From the NCBI RefSeq assembly GCF_003010495.1, contig NZ_CP027570.1:1560001-1592000 (forward strand): DNA of 32,000 nucleotides, in the 5' to 3' direction. The position numbers and the translations under genes are program-made. This DNA is from Megasphaera elsdenii DSM 20460 (lineage in GTDB: Bacteria > Bacillota > Negativicutes > Veillonellales > Megasphaeraceae). Shown in pieces: positions 17,408-26,379 of this stretch (position 1 is the first letter of the stretch; every line of letters begins with the position of its first letter). A model generated the notes under the pieces. It saw only the letters and a list, made by a program, of their open reading frames with translations. It ran no database searches and was not told where the DNA came from.

Positions 17408-17497
17408 TGTGTTTGAAGTTTGGGGTTTGAAGTTTGAAGTGATAGTTTTTAAATTTAACCTCTTCTACATCAAACATCAAACCTTTAACATCAAACA
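17408..17497 (+). repeat. Heptad-arm palindromic element, copy A
   Basis: Left arm: GTTTGAA GTTTGGG GTTTGAA GTTTGAA GTGATAG. Core: TTTTTAAATTTAA. Right arm: ATCAAAC ATCAAAC CTTTAAC ATCAAAC. By hand count, 27 Watson-Crick plus 3 G-T pairs over 36 opposed positions. Confidence 0.75.
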
Positions 17498-17500
17498 GAT

Positions 17501-17530
17501 AAAGAGGCTGTCTCCATGGACAGCCTCTTT
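17501..17530 (+). terminator. Hairpin terminator after pheT (possibly bidirectional, short U tract)
   Basis: AAAGAGGCTGTC-TCCATG-GACAGCCTCTTT is a perfect 12-bp stem. Only TTT-A-T follows the GC-rich part. Confidence 0.6.
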
Positions 17531-17538
17531 ATCGCGTA

Positions 17539-17567
17539 TTGTAAAAAAAGTAAAGTTGTGGTATGAT
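17539..17567 (+). promoter_or_regulatory. Putative tig promoter (TTGTAA-17-TATGAT with TG extension)
   Basis: TTGTAA at 17539-17544 and TGgTATGAT ending at 17567. Confidence 0.55.
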
Positions 17568-17635
17568 GTAGAGCGTAATATGGTATTTTAGAGATATTCA
17601 GGGCTCTACCGGCCCATAAGGAGGACATACTTAGA

Positions 17636-18979
17636 ATGAACGTAACAGTAAATGAAGTAGACCAGCACAAAGTAACCCTGCACATTGAAGTGCCTGCTAA
17701 AGATGCTTCCAAACAGGCTGCAGCCGCTTGCAAGAACTTGGCAAGCCGTGTCAATATCCCGGGCTTCCGTAAAGGGAAAGCACCGCGCATGGTACTGGAA
17801 AGCTTCTTGGGCAAAGATGCTGTCAAACAGGAAGTTTTTGAAGCTATTGCCAATAAAGCCTACAGCGACGCCCTCGACCAGGAAGGCATCGTTCCTGTAA
17901 CTGAACCGGAATTGAACGTCATTACTGACGAAAAAGGCAAAGATGTCGTATTCGAAGCTACGGTCACGAAAAAACCGGAAGTCAAACTCGGCGAATACAA
18001 AGGCATCACCGTTGCCAAAGATAAAGTCGACGTAACCGACGAAGACGTTTCCAAAGAATTGGTTAACCTCCAGAAACAGCATGCAAAACTCGTCGTAGCT
18101 CCGGAAGGCACGGAAATCGCAAAAGATGACTTCGCTGTCATCGATTTCAAAGGCACTGTCGACGGCGTCGCATTCGAAGGCGGCGAAGGCAAATCCTATC
18201 CGCTCCAGATTGGCTCCGGCAGCTTCATCCCTGGCTTTGAAGATCAGCTCATCGGCTGCAAAGCTGGCGACGAAAAAGACGTCAAAGTCACCTTCCCGGA
18301 AGATTACTTTGAAAAATCCCTGGCTGGCAAAGAAGCTGTCTTCGCCGTTAAAGTCAACGACGTAAAACGCAGCGAACTCCCGGCCATCGACGATGAATTT
18401 GCTAAAGAAGCCGGCAAATTCGACAGCGTCGACGACCTCAAAGCCGACATCCGCAAACGCCTCGAATCGAAAGCTTCCTTCCAAGCTTTGGAAAAATTCA
18501 ACTCTGAAGTCTTGAAGACAGCCGTCAACAATGCAGAAGTCGATATCCCGCAGGTCATGATCGACGACAAAATCGACCAGATGATCGAAGAACTGGCTAT
18601 GAAACTGGAAACACAGCGCATGAGCCTCGACGATTATCTCAAATACATGGGCCAGGATATGGACAAACTCAAGGAACATTACGCTGAACCGGCTAAAGAA
18701 AACGTAAAAATGGACCTCGTTCTCGAAGCTATCGCTAAAGCTGAAAACATCGAAGTCAAAGACATCGATCTCCAGGCTGAAATCATTACGATGGCCCAGA
18801 ACTTCGGCGCAGACCCGAAAGAAGTCTACAAGATTATTTTGAAAGAACATCGCGTTCCCATGCTTGTACAGTCTGTCGGCCGTAAAAAAGCAGCAAGCTT
18901 CATCCTCAAAAATGCCGTCGACCCGAACGAAGACAAGAAAGAAGAAGCTAAAGCTGAAGAAGTTAAGGCTGAAGACTAA
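17636..18979 (+). CDS. tig: Trigger factor
   Basis: Ribosome-binding signature GFRKGKAP, central FKBP-type PPIase ([11 protein letters not shown]), 447 aa with an acidic/lysine-rich tail. RBS AAGGAGGA. Confidence 0.95.
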   Translation: MNVTVNEVDQHKVTLHIEVPAKDASKQAAAACKNLASRVNIPGFRKGKAPRMVLESFLGKDAVKQEVFEAIANKAYSDALDQEGIVPVTEPELNVITDEKGKDVVFEATVTKKPEVKLGEYKGITVAKDKVDVTDEDVSKELVNLQKQHAKLVVAPEGTEIAKDDFAVIDFKGTVDGVAFEGGEGKSYPLQIGSGSFIPGFEDQLIGCKAGDEKDVKVTFPEDYFEKSLAGKEAVFAVKVNDVKRSELPAIDDEFAKEAGKFDSVDDLKADIRKRLESKASFQALEKFNSEVLKTAVNNAEVDIPQVMIDDKIDQMIEELAMKLETQRMSLDDYLKYMGQDMDKLKEHYAEPAKENVKMDLVLEAIAKAENIEVKDIDLQAEIITMAQNFGADPKEVYKIILKEHRVPMLVQSVGRKKAASFILKNAVDPNEDKKEEAKAEEVKAED

Positions 18980-19020
18980 TCCGGGAAACGCATTCTCCGG
19001 AGGTGTTAGTTTTGACAAAT

Positions 19021-19617
19021 ATGTATGTACCGATTGTCGTCGAACAGACGGCGCAAGGTGAACGGAGCTATGATATTTATTCCCGCCTCTTGAAAGACCG
19101 CATCGTCTTCCTCGGCGGTCCCATCGATGATGCCGTTGCCAACAGCATCATTGCTCAGCTCCTTTTCCTGGAAGCAGAAAATCCTGACAAGGATATCCAT
19201 TTATACATCAACAGCCCTGGCGGCGTCGTCACGGCAGGCATGGCCATTTACGATACCATGCAGTACATCAAGCCGGACGTCTCGACGATTTGTGTCGGCT
19301 CTGCTGCCAGCATGGCGTCGGTACTCCTGACAGCCGGTGCCAAGGGCAAACGCTTTGCCCTGCCGCACTCCCAGGTCATGATCCACCAGCCTCTCGGCGG
19401 TGTACAGGGCCAGGCTACGGAAATCGAAATCCATGCCCGCGAAATCCTGCGCATGCGCAAGGAATTGAACGGCATCTTGTCTAAACATACAGGACAGCCC
19501 ATTGACGTCATCCAGAAGGATACGGAACGGGATAATTTCATGACCGCTGAAGAAGCCAAGGCCTACGGCCTTATCGATGAAATCCTGACCCGTCCGCTGC
19601 CGGATGAAACGAAATAG
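19021..19617 (+). CDS. clpP: ATP-dependent Clp protease proteolytic subunit
   Basis: Catalytic context [11 protein letters not shown] (Ser), MIHQPLGG (His) and TERDNFM (Asp). From ATG 19021 the N-terminus [10 protein letters not shown]...[16 protein letters not shown] aligns with the ClpP N-terminus. TTG 19012 (6-8 nt after GGAGGTG) is an alternative start. Confidence 0.93.
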   Translation: MYVPIVVEQTAQGERSYDIYSRLLKDRIVFLGGPIDDAVANSIIAQLLFLEAENPDKDIHLYINSPGGVVTAGMAIYDTMQYIKPDVSTICVGSAASMASVLLTAGAKGKRFALPHSQVMIHQPLGGVQGQATEIEIHAREILRMRKELNGILSKHTGQPIDVIQKDTERDNFMTAEEAKAYGLIDEILTRPLPDETK

Positions 19618-19634
19618 GACAGGAGGAAGACAAG

Positions 19635-20873
19635 ATGAACGATAGGAATGATGAACCGCGTTGCAGTTTCTGCGGCCGGCCCCAGAGTGAAGTACAGAAG
19701 CTCATTGCCGGTCCGGGCGTCTACATTTGCGACGAATGTGTTGCCGTAGCGCAGCACATCATGGAAGAGGAAAAGGCGGAAGAAACGCCGGACTTTCAGC
19801 TGAAAGACCTGCCGACACCGCATGAAATCAAGGCCACCCTTGATGAATACGTCATCGGTCAGGAAGCAGCCAAGAAGACTCTTTCCGTCGCTGTGTACAA
19901 CCATTACAAGCGGCTCCAGACCAATTTCAGCGCCTCTGATGACGATGTAGAGCTCCAGAAATCTAATATCGTCATGGTCGGCCCGACCGGGAGCGGCAAG
20001 ACCCTCCTGGCCCAGACCCTGGCCCGTCTCCTCGATGTGCCCTTTGCCATCGCCGATGCGACGAGCCTGACCGAAGCCGGCTATGTCGGCGAAGACGTCG
20101 AAAACTGCCTGCTCAAGCTCATCCAGGCTGCTGATTACGATATTGCCAAAGCTGAACGGGGCATCATCTATATCGACGAAATCGATAAGATTGCCCGTAA
20201 ATCGGAAAACCCGTCCATTACTCGCGACGTTTCCGGTGAAGGCGTTCAGCAGGCCCTTTTGAAGATCCTCGAAGGGACCGTTGCCGGTGTTCCGCCTCAG
20301 GGCGGCCGCAAGCATCCTCATCAGGAAATGCTTCAGATCGACACGACGAACATCCTGTTCATCTGCGGCGGCGCTTTCGATGGTATCGACAAGACCATCC
20401 TCAACCGTACGACCGATAAGAACATGGGCTTTGGTGCGGACATCCACTCCAAGTCCGAACACTCCATGGAATCGCTCCTCAAGGAAATCATCCCGACGGA
20501 CCTCCAGAAGTTCGGCCTCATCCCGGAATTGATTGGCCGCCTGCCCGTATTGGTTACCCTCAATCCTCTCGATGAAGATGCGATGGTACATATCTTGACA
20601 GAACCGAAGAACGCCCTGGTCAAGCAGTATCAGAAGATGCTGTCCATGGATGACGTAGATCTCGAATTTACGCCAGAAGCTCTTCAGGCCATTGCCAAGG
20701 AAGCGCTGCGGCGCAATACCGGTGCCCGTGGGCTTCGCTCCATCATCGAACGGATCATGCTCGACGTCATGTTTGATGTACCGAGCCGCGACGATGTCAG
20801 CAAGTGCGTCGTGACGGAAAAATGCGTCAAAGAAGGCGCTGAGCCCGACCTCGTACTGAAAGAGGCAAAATGA
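19635..20873 (+). CDS. clpX: ATP-dependent Clp protease ATP-binding subunit ClpX
   Basis: Zinc finger CSFCGR...CDEC and Walker [16 protein letters not shown]; 412 aa. RBS AGGAGGAAG. Confidence 0.96.
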   Translation: MNDRNDEPRCSFCGRPQSEVQKLIAGPGVYICDECVAVAQHIMEEEKAEETPDFQLKDLPTPHEIKATLDEYVIGQEAAKKTLSVAVYNHYKRLQTNFSASDDDVELQKSNIVMVGPTGSGKTLLAQTLARLLDVPFAIADATSLTEAGYVGEDVENCLLKLIQAADYDIAKAERGIIYIDEIDKIARKSENPSITRDVSGEGVQQALLKILEGTVAGVPPQGGRKHPHQEMLQIDTTNILFICGGAFDGIDKTILNRTTDKNMGFGADIHSKSEHSMESLLKEIIPTDLQKFGLIPELIGRLPVLVTLNPLDEDAMVHILTEPKNALVKQYQKMLSMDDVDLEFTPEALQAIAKEALRRNTGARGLRSIIERIMLDVMFDVPSRDDVSKCVVTEKCVKEGAEPDLVLKEAK

Positions 20874-20886
20874 TATAATGTACAAT

Positions 20887-20925
20887 AAAACTCATTTCTT
20901 GAACCGGAAATGAGTTTTATTTTTC
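20887..20925 (+). terminator. Rho-independent terminator after clpX
   Basis: AAAACTCATTTC-loop-GAAATGAGTTTT followed by ATTTTT. Confidence 0.7.
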
Positions 20926-20945
20926 CATAGAAGAAGGTGAAACGT

Positions 20946-23279
20946 ATGAACGAAAACGTTGTGCTCAATGAACAAGATATCCTGGCTTTGCCCTTTGTCC
21001 CGCTCCGGGGCATCGTGGTCTATCCGAAGCTGGTCAGCCACATCGACATCGGCCGCGATAAATCCCTGGCAGCCGTCGATTATGCCATGGAACACGACCG
21101 GCAGCTCCTGGTAGCTACCCAGGTCGATGAAAACGAAGACAATCCAGGTTTCGACGATGTCTATACCATCGGCTGCCTGGTCAAGATAGAACAGCTCCTG
21201 CGCATGCCTGGTGGCCTGGTCCGCATCCTGGTCAACGGGATTTCCCGCGTCCGCATGCAGGGCTTTTCCCAGAAGGCCGATTACCTCGAAGGGGCGGCTG
21301 TCAAAGTGGCCGAAATCAGCCGCAATGAAGTGGAAGAAGAAGCCCTGCGCCGGGTTGTCCTCAAGCGCCTCCTCGATTGGCTGGGCAATCTCCGCGATGG
21401 AGAAGAAGCCAGTGAAAATGCCAAGAACATCGACGAACCGGGTGTCCTGGCTGACTTTGCCGCTTCCCAGCTGCCCCTGCGGATCGTCATCCGCCAGCAG
21501 CTCCTGGAAACGGCCGATGTCGAAGCGCGCCTGCGCCGTATTGCGTCCCTCTTGGATACGGAAGTCGATATTGCCAACCTGGAATCGAAGCTGAACATGG
21601 AAGTCCGCGGCAAGATGGACCAGCAGCAGAAAGAATATTACCTACGTGAAAAGATCAAGGCCATTCATGAAGAATTGGGCGATAAAGTCGATAAGGATAC
21701 GGAAGTCCAGGAACTTCGCGATAAGATCAAGAAGATGAAACTCGATGAAGACATCGAAAAAGCCCTGCTCAAAGAAGTAGACCGCCTCGATTCCATGCCG
21801 CCCATGATGGCAGAATCGGCAATCATCCGTACTTACCTCGACTGGGCCATGGCCCTACCTTGGAAGAAGGAAACCAAGGACCGCCTGGATCTCAATGAAG
21901 CGCAGAAAGTCCTCGACGAAGATCATTACGGACTGAAGAAGGTCAAAGACCGCATCATCGAATATTTAGCAGTCAAACAGCTGACGAACAGCCTGAAAGG
22001 GCCGATTCTCTGCTTCGTCGGCCCTCCGGGAACGGGTAAGACGAGCATTGCCAAATCCATTGCCCGCGCCATGAACCGCAAGTACGTCCGCGTATCCCTG
22101 GGCGGCGTCCGCGACGAAGCCGAAATCCGCGGCCATCGCCGCACCTACATTGGAGCCCTGCCGGGCCGCATCCTGGCCGGCATGAAGCAGGCCGGTGTCA
22201 AGAACCCGGTCTTCCTCCTCGATGAAATCGACAAGATGACTTCTGATATGCGCGGCGACCCGTCGTCGGCCATGCTGGAAGTCCTCGATCCGGAACAGAA
22301 CAATACTTTCAGCGATCATTTCCTGGAACTGCCTTTCGACTTGTCGAAAGTATTCTGGATCACGACGGCCAACGTCCTCAGTGATATTCCCCGGCCCCTC
22401 ATGGACCGCATGGAAATCATCGACTTCACGAGTTATACAGAAGAGGAAAAGGTCCAGATCGCCAAGCGCTATCTGGTACCGAAGCAGGTGAAAGAAAACG
22501 GTCTCCGGCCGAGTCAGGCCAAGTTCTCCGACGCCGTCCTGCGCCGTATCATCGAAGGATATACGAGGGAATCCGGCGTCCGTAACCTGGAAAAGACGAT
22601 CGGTACGGTCTGCCGCCGTATTGGCAAGTCCCTGCTCATGAATGATGAAGTGCCGCTCAGCGTTTCTGTCAAGAACCTGGAAAAACTGCTCGGCCCGGTC
22701 AAATTCCTGCCGGAAACGGTCCATAAGGACGATGAAGTCGGTATCGTCACCGGCATGGCCTGGACTCAGGTCGGCGGGGAAGTCCTGGAAACAGAAGCTG
22801 TTGCCGTCAAAGGGAAGGGCCGCCTGCTGCTCACAGGCCAGCTCGGCGATGTCATGAAAGAATCGGCTGAAGCCGGCGTGACCTACGTCCGCAGCCGGGC
22901 CGATGTCCTGGGCATCGATGCCGATTTCTACGCCAACATGGACTTGCACATCCATCTGCCTGAAGGAGCTATCCCCAAGGATGGCCCATCAGCAGGTATC
23001 ACCATGGCGACGGCCATCACATCGGCCCTGACGGGCAAAGCCGTCCGCCACGATGTCGCCATGACCGGCGAAATTACCCTGCGCGGCACGGTCCTGCCCG
23101 TAGGCGGCATCAAAGAAAAAGTCATCGCTGCTCATCGGGCGGGTATCAAGAAGATCCTCCTGCCGGAAGAAAACAAGCGAGATATGGACGAAGTGCCGCA
23201 GTCGGTCAAAAAGGATGTCAAATTCGTCTTTGTTCATCATATGGATGAAGTGCTGGCTCAGGCACTGGTGAAGTCCTGA
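20946..23279 (+). CDS. lon: Endopeptidase La (Lon protease)
   Basis: N-terminal LON domain, Walker [10 protein letters not shown], and the protease Ser/Lys contexts [11 protein letters not shown] and [17 protein letters not shown] 20946 lies 7-8 nt after GAAGGTG. The track start GTG 20937 overlaps that RBS. Confidence 0.95.
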   Translation: MNENVVLNEQDILALPFVPLRGIVVYPKLVSHIDIGRDKSLAAVDYAMEHDRQLLVATQVDENEDNPGFDDVYTIGCLVKIEQLLRMPGGLVRILVNGISRVRMQGFSQKADYLEGAAVKVAEISRNEVEEEALRRVVLKRLLDWLGNLRDGEEASENAKNIDEPGVLADFAASQLPLRIVIRQQLLETADVEARLRRIASLLDTEVDIANLESKLNMEVRGKMDQQQKEYYLREKIKAIHEELGDKVDKDTEVQELRDKIKKMKLDEDIEKALLKEVDRLDSMPPMMAESAIIRTYLDWAMALPWKKETKDRLDLNEAQKVLDEDHYGLKKVKDRIIEYLAVKQLTNSLKGPILCFVGPPGTGKTSIAKSIARAMNRKYVRVSLGGVRDEAEIRGHRRTYIGALPGRILAGMKQAGVKNPVFLLDEIDKMTSDMRGDPSSAMLEVLDPEQNNTFSDHFLELPFDLSKVFWITTANVLSDIPRPLMDRMEIIDFTSYTEEEKVQIAKRYLVPKQVKENGLRPSQAKFSDAVLRRIIEGYTRESGVRNLEKTIGTVCRRIGKSLLMNDEVPLSVSVKNLEKLLGPVKFLPETVHKDDEVGIVTGMAWTQVGGEVLETEAVAVKGKGRLLLTGQLGDVMKESAEAGVTYVRSRADVLGIDADFYANMDLHIHLPEGAIPKDGPSAGITMATAITSALTGKAVRHDVAMTGEITLRGTVLPVGGIKEKVIAAHRAGIKKILLPEENKRDMDEVPQSVKKDVKFVFVHHMDEVLAQALVKS

Positions 23280-23914
23280 TGGCTTCGTACGATATCATCA
23301 AGGCCGCTTATGCCACGACGGCTGTCCGCCGCGACCAGTACCCTGAAGGGTCTGTACCGGAAGTGGCCTTCCTCGGCCGTTCCAACGTAGGTAAATCGAG
23401 CCTGATCAATTCCCTGTGCAACCACCGCGGCCTGGCCCGCGTCAGCGGTGCTCCGGGAAAGACCCAGACCATCAACTATTTCAGTGCCGCCCTGCGGCGG
23501 CGCGATGAAGCAGAAGGGGAGCAGCGGCTGCCTTTCTATTTAGTCGACCTGCCGGGCTATGGCTTTGCCAAGACCGGCGGCAAGAACCGCGACATGTGGA
23601 GTGCTTTCATCGGCGAATACGTCACGCAGTCGCCGAACCTCTGCGTCCTCTGTCTGCTCGTCGACCTGCGCCACCCGGGCCTGGCCATCGACCAGCAGGC
23701 CTATGACTGGCTGTCCAGTGCCGGCGTACCCCTGCAGATCGTCGGGACCAAGGCCGATAAGCTCAAGGCCAACGAAAAGAACCGCAACCTGGCCCAGTTA
23801 AATAAACTCTTCCCGTCGGACCGGCCGGCCCTGGCCTATTCGTCGCTCAAACGCGACGGCTTCGGCCCTTTGGCCAAGAACCTCTTCGAACGGGTGCTTC
23901 GGTTTAATGTTTGA
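23279..23914 (+). CDS. engB: Ribosome biogenesis GTP-binding protein YsxC/EngB
   Basis: G1 GRSNVGKSS, G3 DLPGYG and G4 TKADK. The ATG overlaps the lon stop (TGATG). The lon-engB order is conserved in Firmicutes. Confidence 0.9.
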   Translation: MASYDIIKAAYATTAVRRDQYPEGSVPEVAFLGRSNVGKSSLINSLCNHRGLARVSGAPGKTQTINYFSAALRRRDEAEGEQRLPFYLVDLPGYGFAKTGGKNRDMWSAFIGEYVTQSPNLCVLCLLVDLRHPGLAIDQQAYDWLSSAGVPLQIVGTKADKLKANEKNRNLAQLNKLFPSDRPALAYSSLKRDGFGPLAKNLFERVLRFNV

Positions 23915-23980
23915 GGCGATGGCTTTTAAATTTTACCCCATCCACATCAAACATCAAACTTTCAACTTCAAACCCAAAAA
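23900..23980 (+). repeat. Heptad-arm palindromic element, copy B (left arm overlaps the engB 3' end)
   Basis: Core GATGGCTTTTAAATTTTACCCCATC at 23918-23942. Right-arm heptads ATCAAAC ATCAAAC TTTCAAC TTCAAAC at 23946-23973. It shares an exact 16-mer, ACATCAAACATCAAAC, with copy A. Confidence 0.7.
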
Positions 23981-24011
23981 GGAGCTGTCTTCAAAGGACA
24001 GCTCCTTTTTT
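23976..24011 (+). terminator. Rho-independent terminator after engB
   Basis: AAAAAGGAGCTGTC-TTCAAAG-GACAGCTCC followed by T6. Confidence 0.85.
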
Positions 24012-24040
24012 GCTCCCTTTACAAAGAACAATCTTTCTAG

Positions 24041-24069
24041 TTGGCTTCATTAAGCGAAAGTGGTATAAT
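24041..24069 (+). promoter_or_regulatory. Putative promoter (TTGGCT-17-TATAAT with TGn extension)
   Basis: TTGGCT at 24041-24046 and TGGTATAAT at 24061-24069, about 40 nt upstream of the thioredoxin start. Confidence 0.6.
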
Positions 24070-24110
24070 TAATTTGATTTATTGTCGGCCAGATGGGAGG
24101 TTGCATAATC

Positions 24111-24482
24111 ATGGCGGTAGTTTCGATTGACAGTGATGCTGATTTTTCCGTGAAGGTCCTTCGCCAGCCGGGCATTGTCATCGCAGACTTCTGGGCTCCC
24201 TGGTGCGAGCCGTGCAAGATGGTTCATTCAGAAATCAGCCAGGCAGCCGCGAATTTTGGCGATGCTGTGAAAGTGGTACGCATCAATGTCGATACCATGC
24301 GGAATGTTGCCGAAAAATATGAAATCATGGCGGTTCCGACGTTATTGTTCTTTAAGGACGGGAAACCGCTGAAACGCATTATCGGCTATGCCTCGCAGAC
24401 AGAAATCAGCAAGTTCCTGGCATCTGTCGTGGCAGAAAACAAGGCGGCCGGTTTTGACAACAAAAATATTGGGATGATATAA
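24111..24482 (+). CDS. Thioredoxin-family protein with a CEPC active-site variant
   Basis: ADFWAPWCEPCK instead of the canonical WCGPC, and the cis-Pro context AVPTLLFF. GGGAGG lies 10 nt before ATG 24111. Confidence 0.8.
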   Translation: MAVVSIDSDADFSVKVLRQPGIVIADFWAPWCEPCKMVHSEISQAAANFGDAVKVVRINVDTMRNVAEKYEIMAVPTLLFFKDGKPLKRIIGYASQTEISKFLASVVAENKAAGFDNKNIGMI

Positions 24483-25445
24483 TTGAATTTAGAAACGAGA
24501 GGGACGGGACGACAGGTATTGTCTATTGTCGTTCCAGTATATAACGAACAGCCGAACATTGAGAAGTTCTATGAAGAGGCGACGAAAGCCGCAGCGACAC
24601 TTGATATGGACTATGAAATTATCTTTGTCGACGATGGTTCCAAAGATGCGACGCCCCTCATCCTCAGCCGCCTGACCCAGCAGGATGGACACGTACGGGC
24701 TTTTATCCTGGCTCGTAATTTTGGTCATCAGCTGGCCATTACCTGCGGCATGGATCATGCAATTGGCGACGCCGTGATCACCATGGATGGTGATTTGCAG
24801 CATCCGCCATCGATGATTCCTGAACTGGTCCGGAAATGGCGTGAAGGCAACGATGTCGTCCAGACGATACGTGAATCGACAGACGATGCGGGTTTCCTCA
24901 AACGGATAACGTCGAAATGGTATTACCGTATATTGAATACTGTATCTCCGGTCCACATCACACCGGGCGGATCCGATTTCCGCCTCATCGACAAAAGGGT
25001 ACTGGAAACATTCAAGCAGTTCCGCGAACACGACCGCTTCATCCGCGGCATGATCGGCGATATCGGCTATACCCAGACCTTCATTCATTTCGTAGCGCCG
25101 AGGCGCTATGCCGGGAAATCCAAGTTTTCCGTGCGCAAGATGCTGCATTTTGCCCTCGACGGGATCATGGCTTATTCTAAGATTCCCCTGCGGGTTTCCT
25201 TTTACGTCGGCATGCTGAGCGGCTTATTGAGCCTGCTACTGATCCTGCATGTCATTTACTGTAATATCGTGGGCGAAGCCGTACAGGGCTGGACGACGAC
25301 GATGATCGTCGACTGCCTGTTCAGCGGCTTTCAGCTCATTTTTATCGGTGTCATCGGAGAGTATATAGGACGTATATTTGAAGAGGTAAAGCATAGACCT
25401 CTGTATTGGCTGCGGGCTGAACTCGGCCAGCATAAAGACAGGTAA
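24483..25445 (+). CDS. GT2 polyprenol-phosphate glycosyltransferase (GtrB/ArnC/DPM1-like) with two C-terminal TM helices
   Basis: IVVPVYNEQPNI, FVDDGSKD and the DxD motif TMDGDLQHPP are present. C-terminal hydrophobic segments are VSFYVGMLSGLLSLLLILHVI and LFSGFQLIFIGVIGEYI. The start is uncertain: TTG 24483 abuts the trx stop, and TTG 24519 is an alternative. Confidence 0.8.
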   Translation: MNLETRGTGRQVLSIVVPVYNEQPNIEKFYEEATKAAATLDMDYEIIFVDDGSKDATPLILSRLTQQDGHVRAFILARNFGHQLAITCGMDHAIGDAVITMDGDLQHPPSMIPELVRKWREGNDVVQTIRESTDDAGFLKRITSKWYYRILNTVSPVHITPGGSDFRLIDKRVLETFKQFREHDRFIRGMIGDIGYTQTFIHFVAPRRYAGKSKFSVRKMLHFALDGIMAYSKIPLRVSFYVGMLSGLLSLLLILHVIYCNIVGEAVQGWTTTMIVDCLFSGFQLIFIGVIGEYIGRIFEEVKHRPLYWLRAELGQHKDR

Positions 25446-25486
25446 GCCCTTGCGTTGTATGGCCTTCGAGACAGAGAGGAGTATTT

Positions 25487-26230
25487 ATGTGGAAAAAAAT
25501 CAGTAAAGTTTGGATATTGGCCGCACTTTTCGTTTTCGCCGCCCTGCCGGTGCTGGCAGCTTCACCGCTGACCATTGGCAGCCGGGGCGATGAAGTCCGT
25601 TCCATTCAGCAGATCCTTCGCAGCAAAGGCTATCGGGTCAATGTCAACGGCGTTTATACGAAAGATACGGCACAGGCTGTATCGCAGTATCAGAAAGATA
25701 AGAAGATCCAGGTCAGCGGCAAGGTCGGCGGCTGGACGTATTATCTCCTGACAGGCAATCGTTCCAAACTGCCGCCGAAGCCGGTCATGAAGAAAGGGCA
25801 GAGTACGCGCTTCAACAATGGTGCTATCAGCAAATACCGCCATTTCAGCGGCGGCGATGCCTTCGGCAACCAGCTGGTCCATTCCGCTTATCAGTATTTA
25901 GGGATTCCTTACGTATTCGGCGGGAATACGCCGGCTGAAGGCTTCGACTGCTCAGGCTTTACGAAATATGTCTTTTCCCATAATGGCATCAACCTGCCGC
26001 GCCTGGCCGATGAACAATATGAAGTGGGCCAGCGGGTCCGCCGGAGCGAACTCATGCCGGGCGACCTGGTTTTCTTTACGACGTATGAACCAGGCGTATC
26101 CCATACGGGCATCTATGTCGGCAACAACAATTTCATCAGTGCCACCAGCAGTGGCGGTATCCGCGTAGACAGCCTCGACAGCGGTTATTGGTCGCCGCGC
26201 TATGTCGGTGCTACACGGGTCCGGAGATAG
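25487..26230 (+). CDS. Secreted NlpC/P60 peptidoglycan endopeptidase with an N-terminal PG-binding domain
   Basis: Signal peptide ...AALPVLAAS, PG_binding_1-like GSRGDEVRSIQQILRSKGY, catalytic Cys in GFDCSGFTKYVF, and His in SHTGIYVG. RBS GAGAGGAG. Confidence 0.88.
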   Translation: MWKKISKVWILAALFVFAALPVLAASPLTIGSRGDEVRSIQQILRSKGYRVNVNGVYTKDTAQAVSQYQKDKKIQVSGKVGGWTYYLLTGNRSKLPPKPVMKKGQSTRFNNGAISKYRHFSGGDAFGNQLVHSAYQYLGIPYVFGGNTPAEGFDCSGFTKYVFSHNGINLPRLADEQYEVGQRVRRSELMPGDLVFFTTYEPGVSHTGIYVGNNNFISATSSGGIRVDSLDSGYWSPRYVGATRVRR

Positions 26231-26309
26231 GCAAACTGGCTAGGGAACAGTCGTCCTCTAGCCTTTCCTTATACAACCGGCCTGTGGGATAAAAAATAAC
26301 AAGAAAAGG

Positions 26310-26339
26310 TTGCCGAACAGGGGGAAATGAGCGTATAAT
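26310..26339 (+). promoter_or_regulatory. Putative alaS promoter (TTGCCG-18-TATAAT)
   Basis: TTGCCG at 26310-26315 and TATAAT at 26334-26339. The leader is short, with no T-box. Confidence 0.5.
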
Positions 26340-26379
26340 TTTCCCATGTAGAAAGATATTTAGAGGGAGTGTTTACGAT

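Noticed and set aside
17408-17497. The heptad-repeat arms as a CRISPR array, an integron attC site or a replication iteron cluster.
   Set aside because: The units are 7 nt and contiguous, without spacers, so this is not a CRISPR array. attC sites have RYYYAAC on the left and GTTRRRY on the right, which is the opposite polarity, and the heptads do not fit GTTRRRY; the flanking genes are core housekeeping genes and no integrase is present. The heptad sequence differs between copies, which argues against a single iteron-binding protein.
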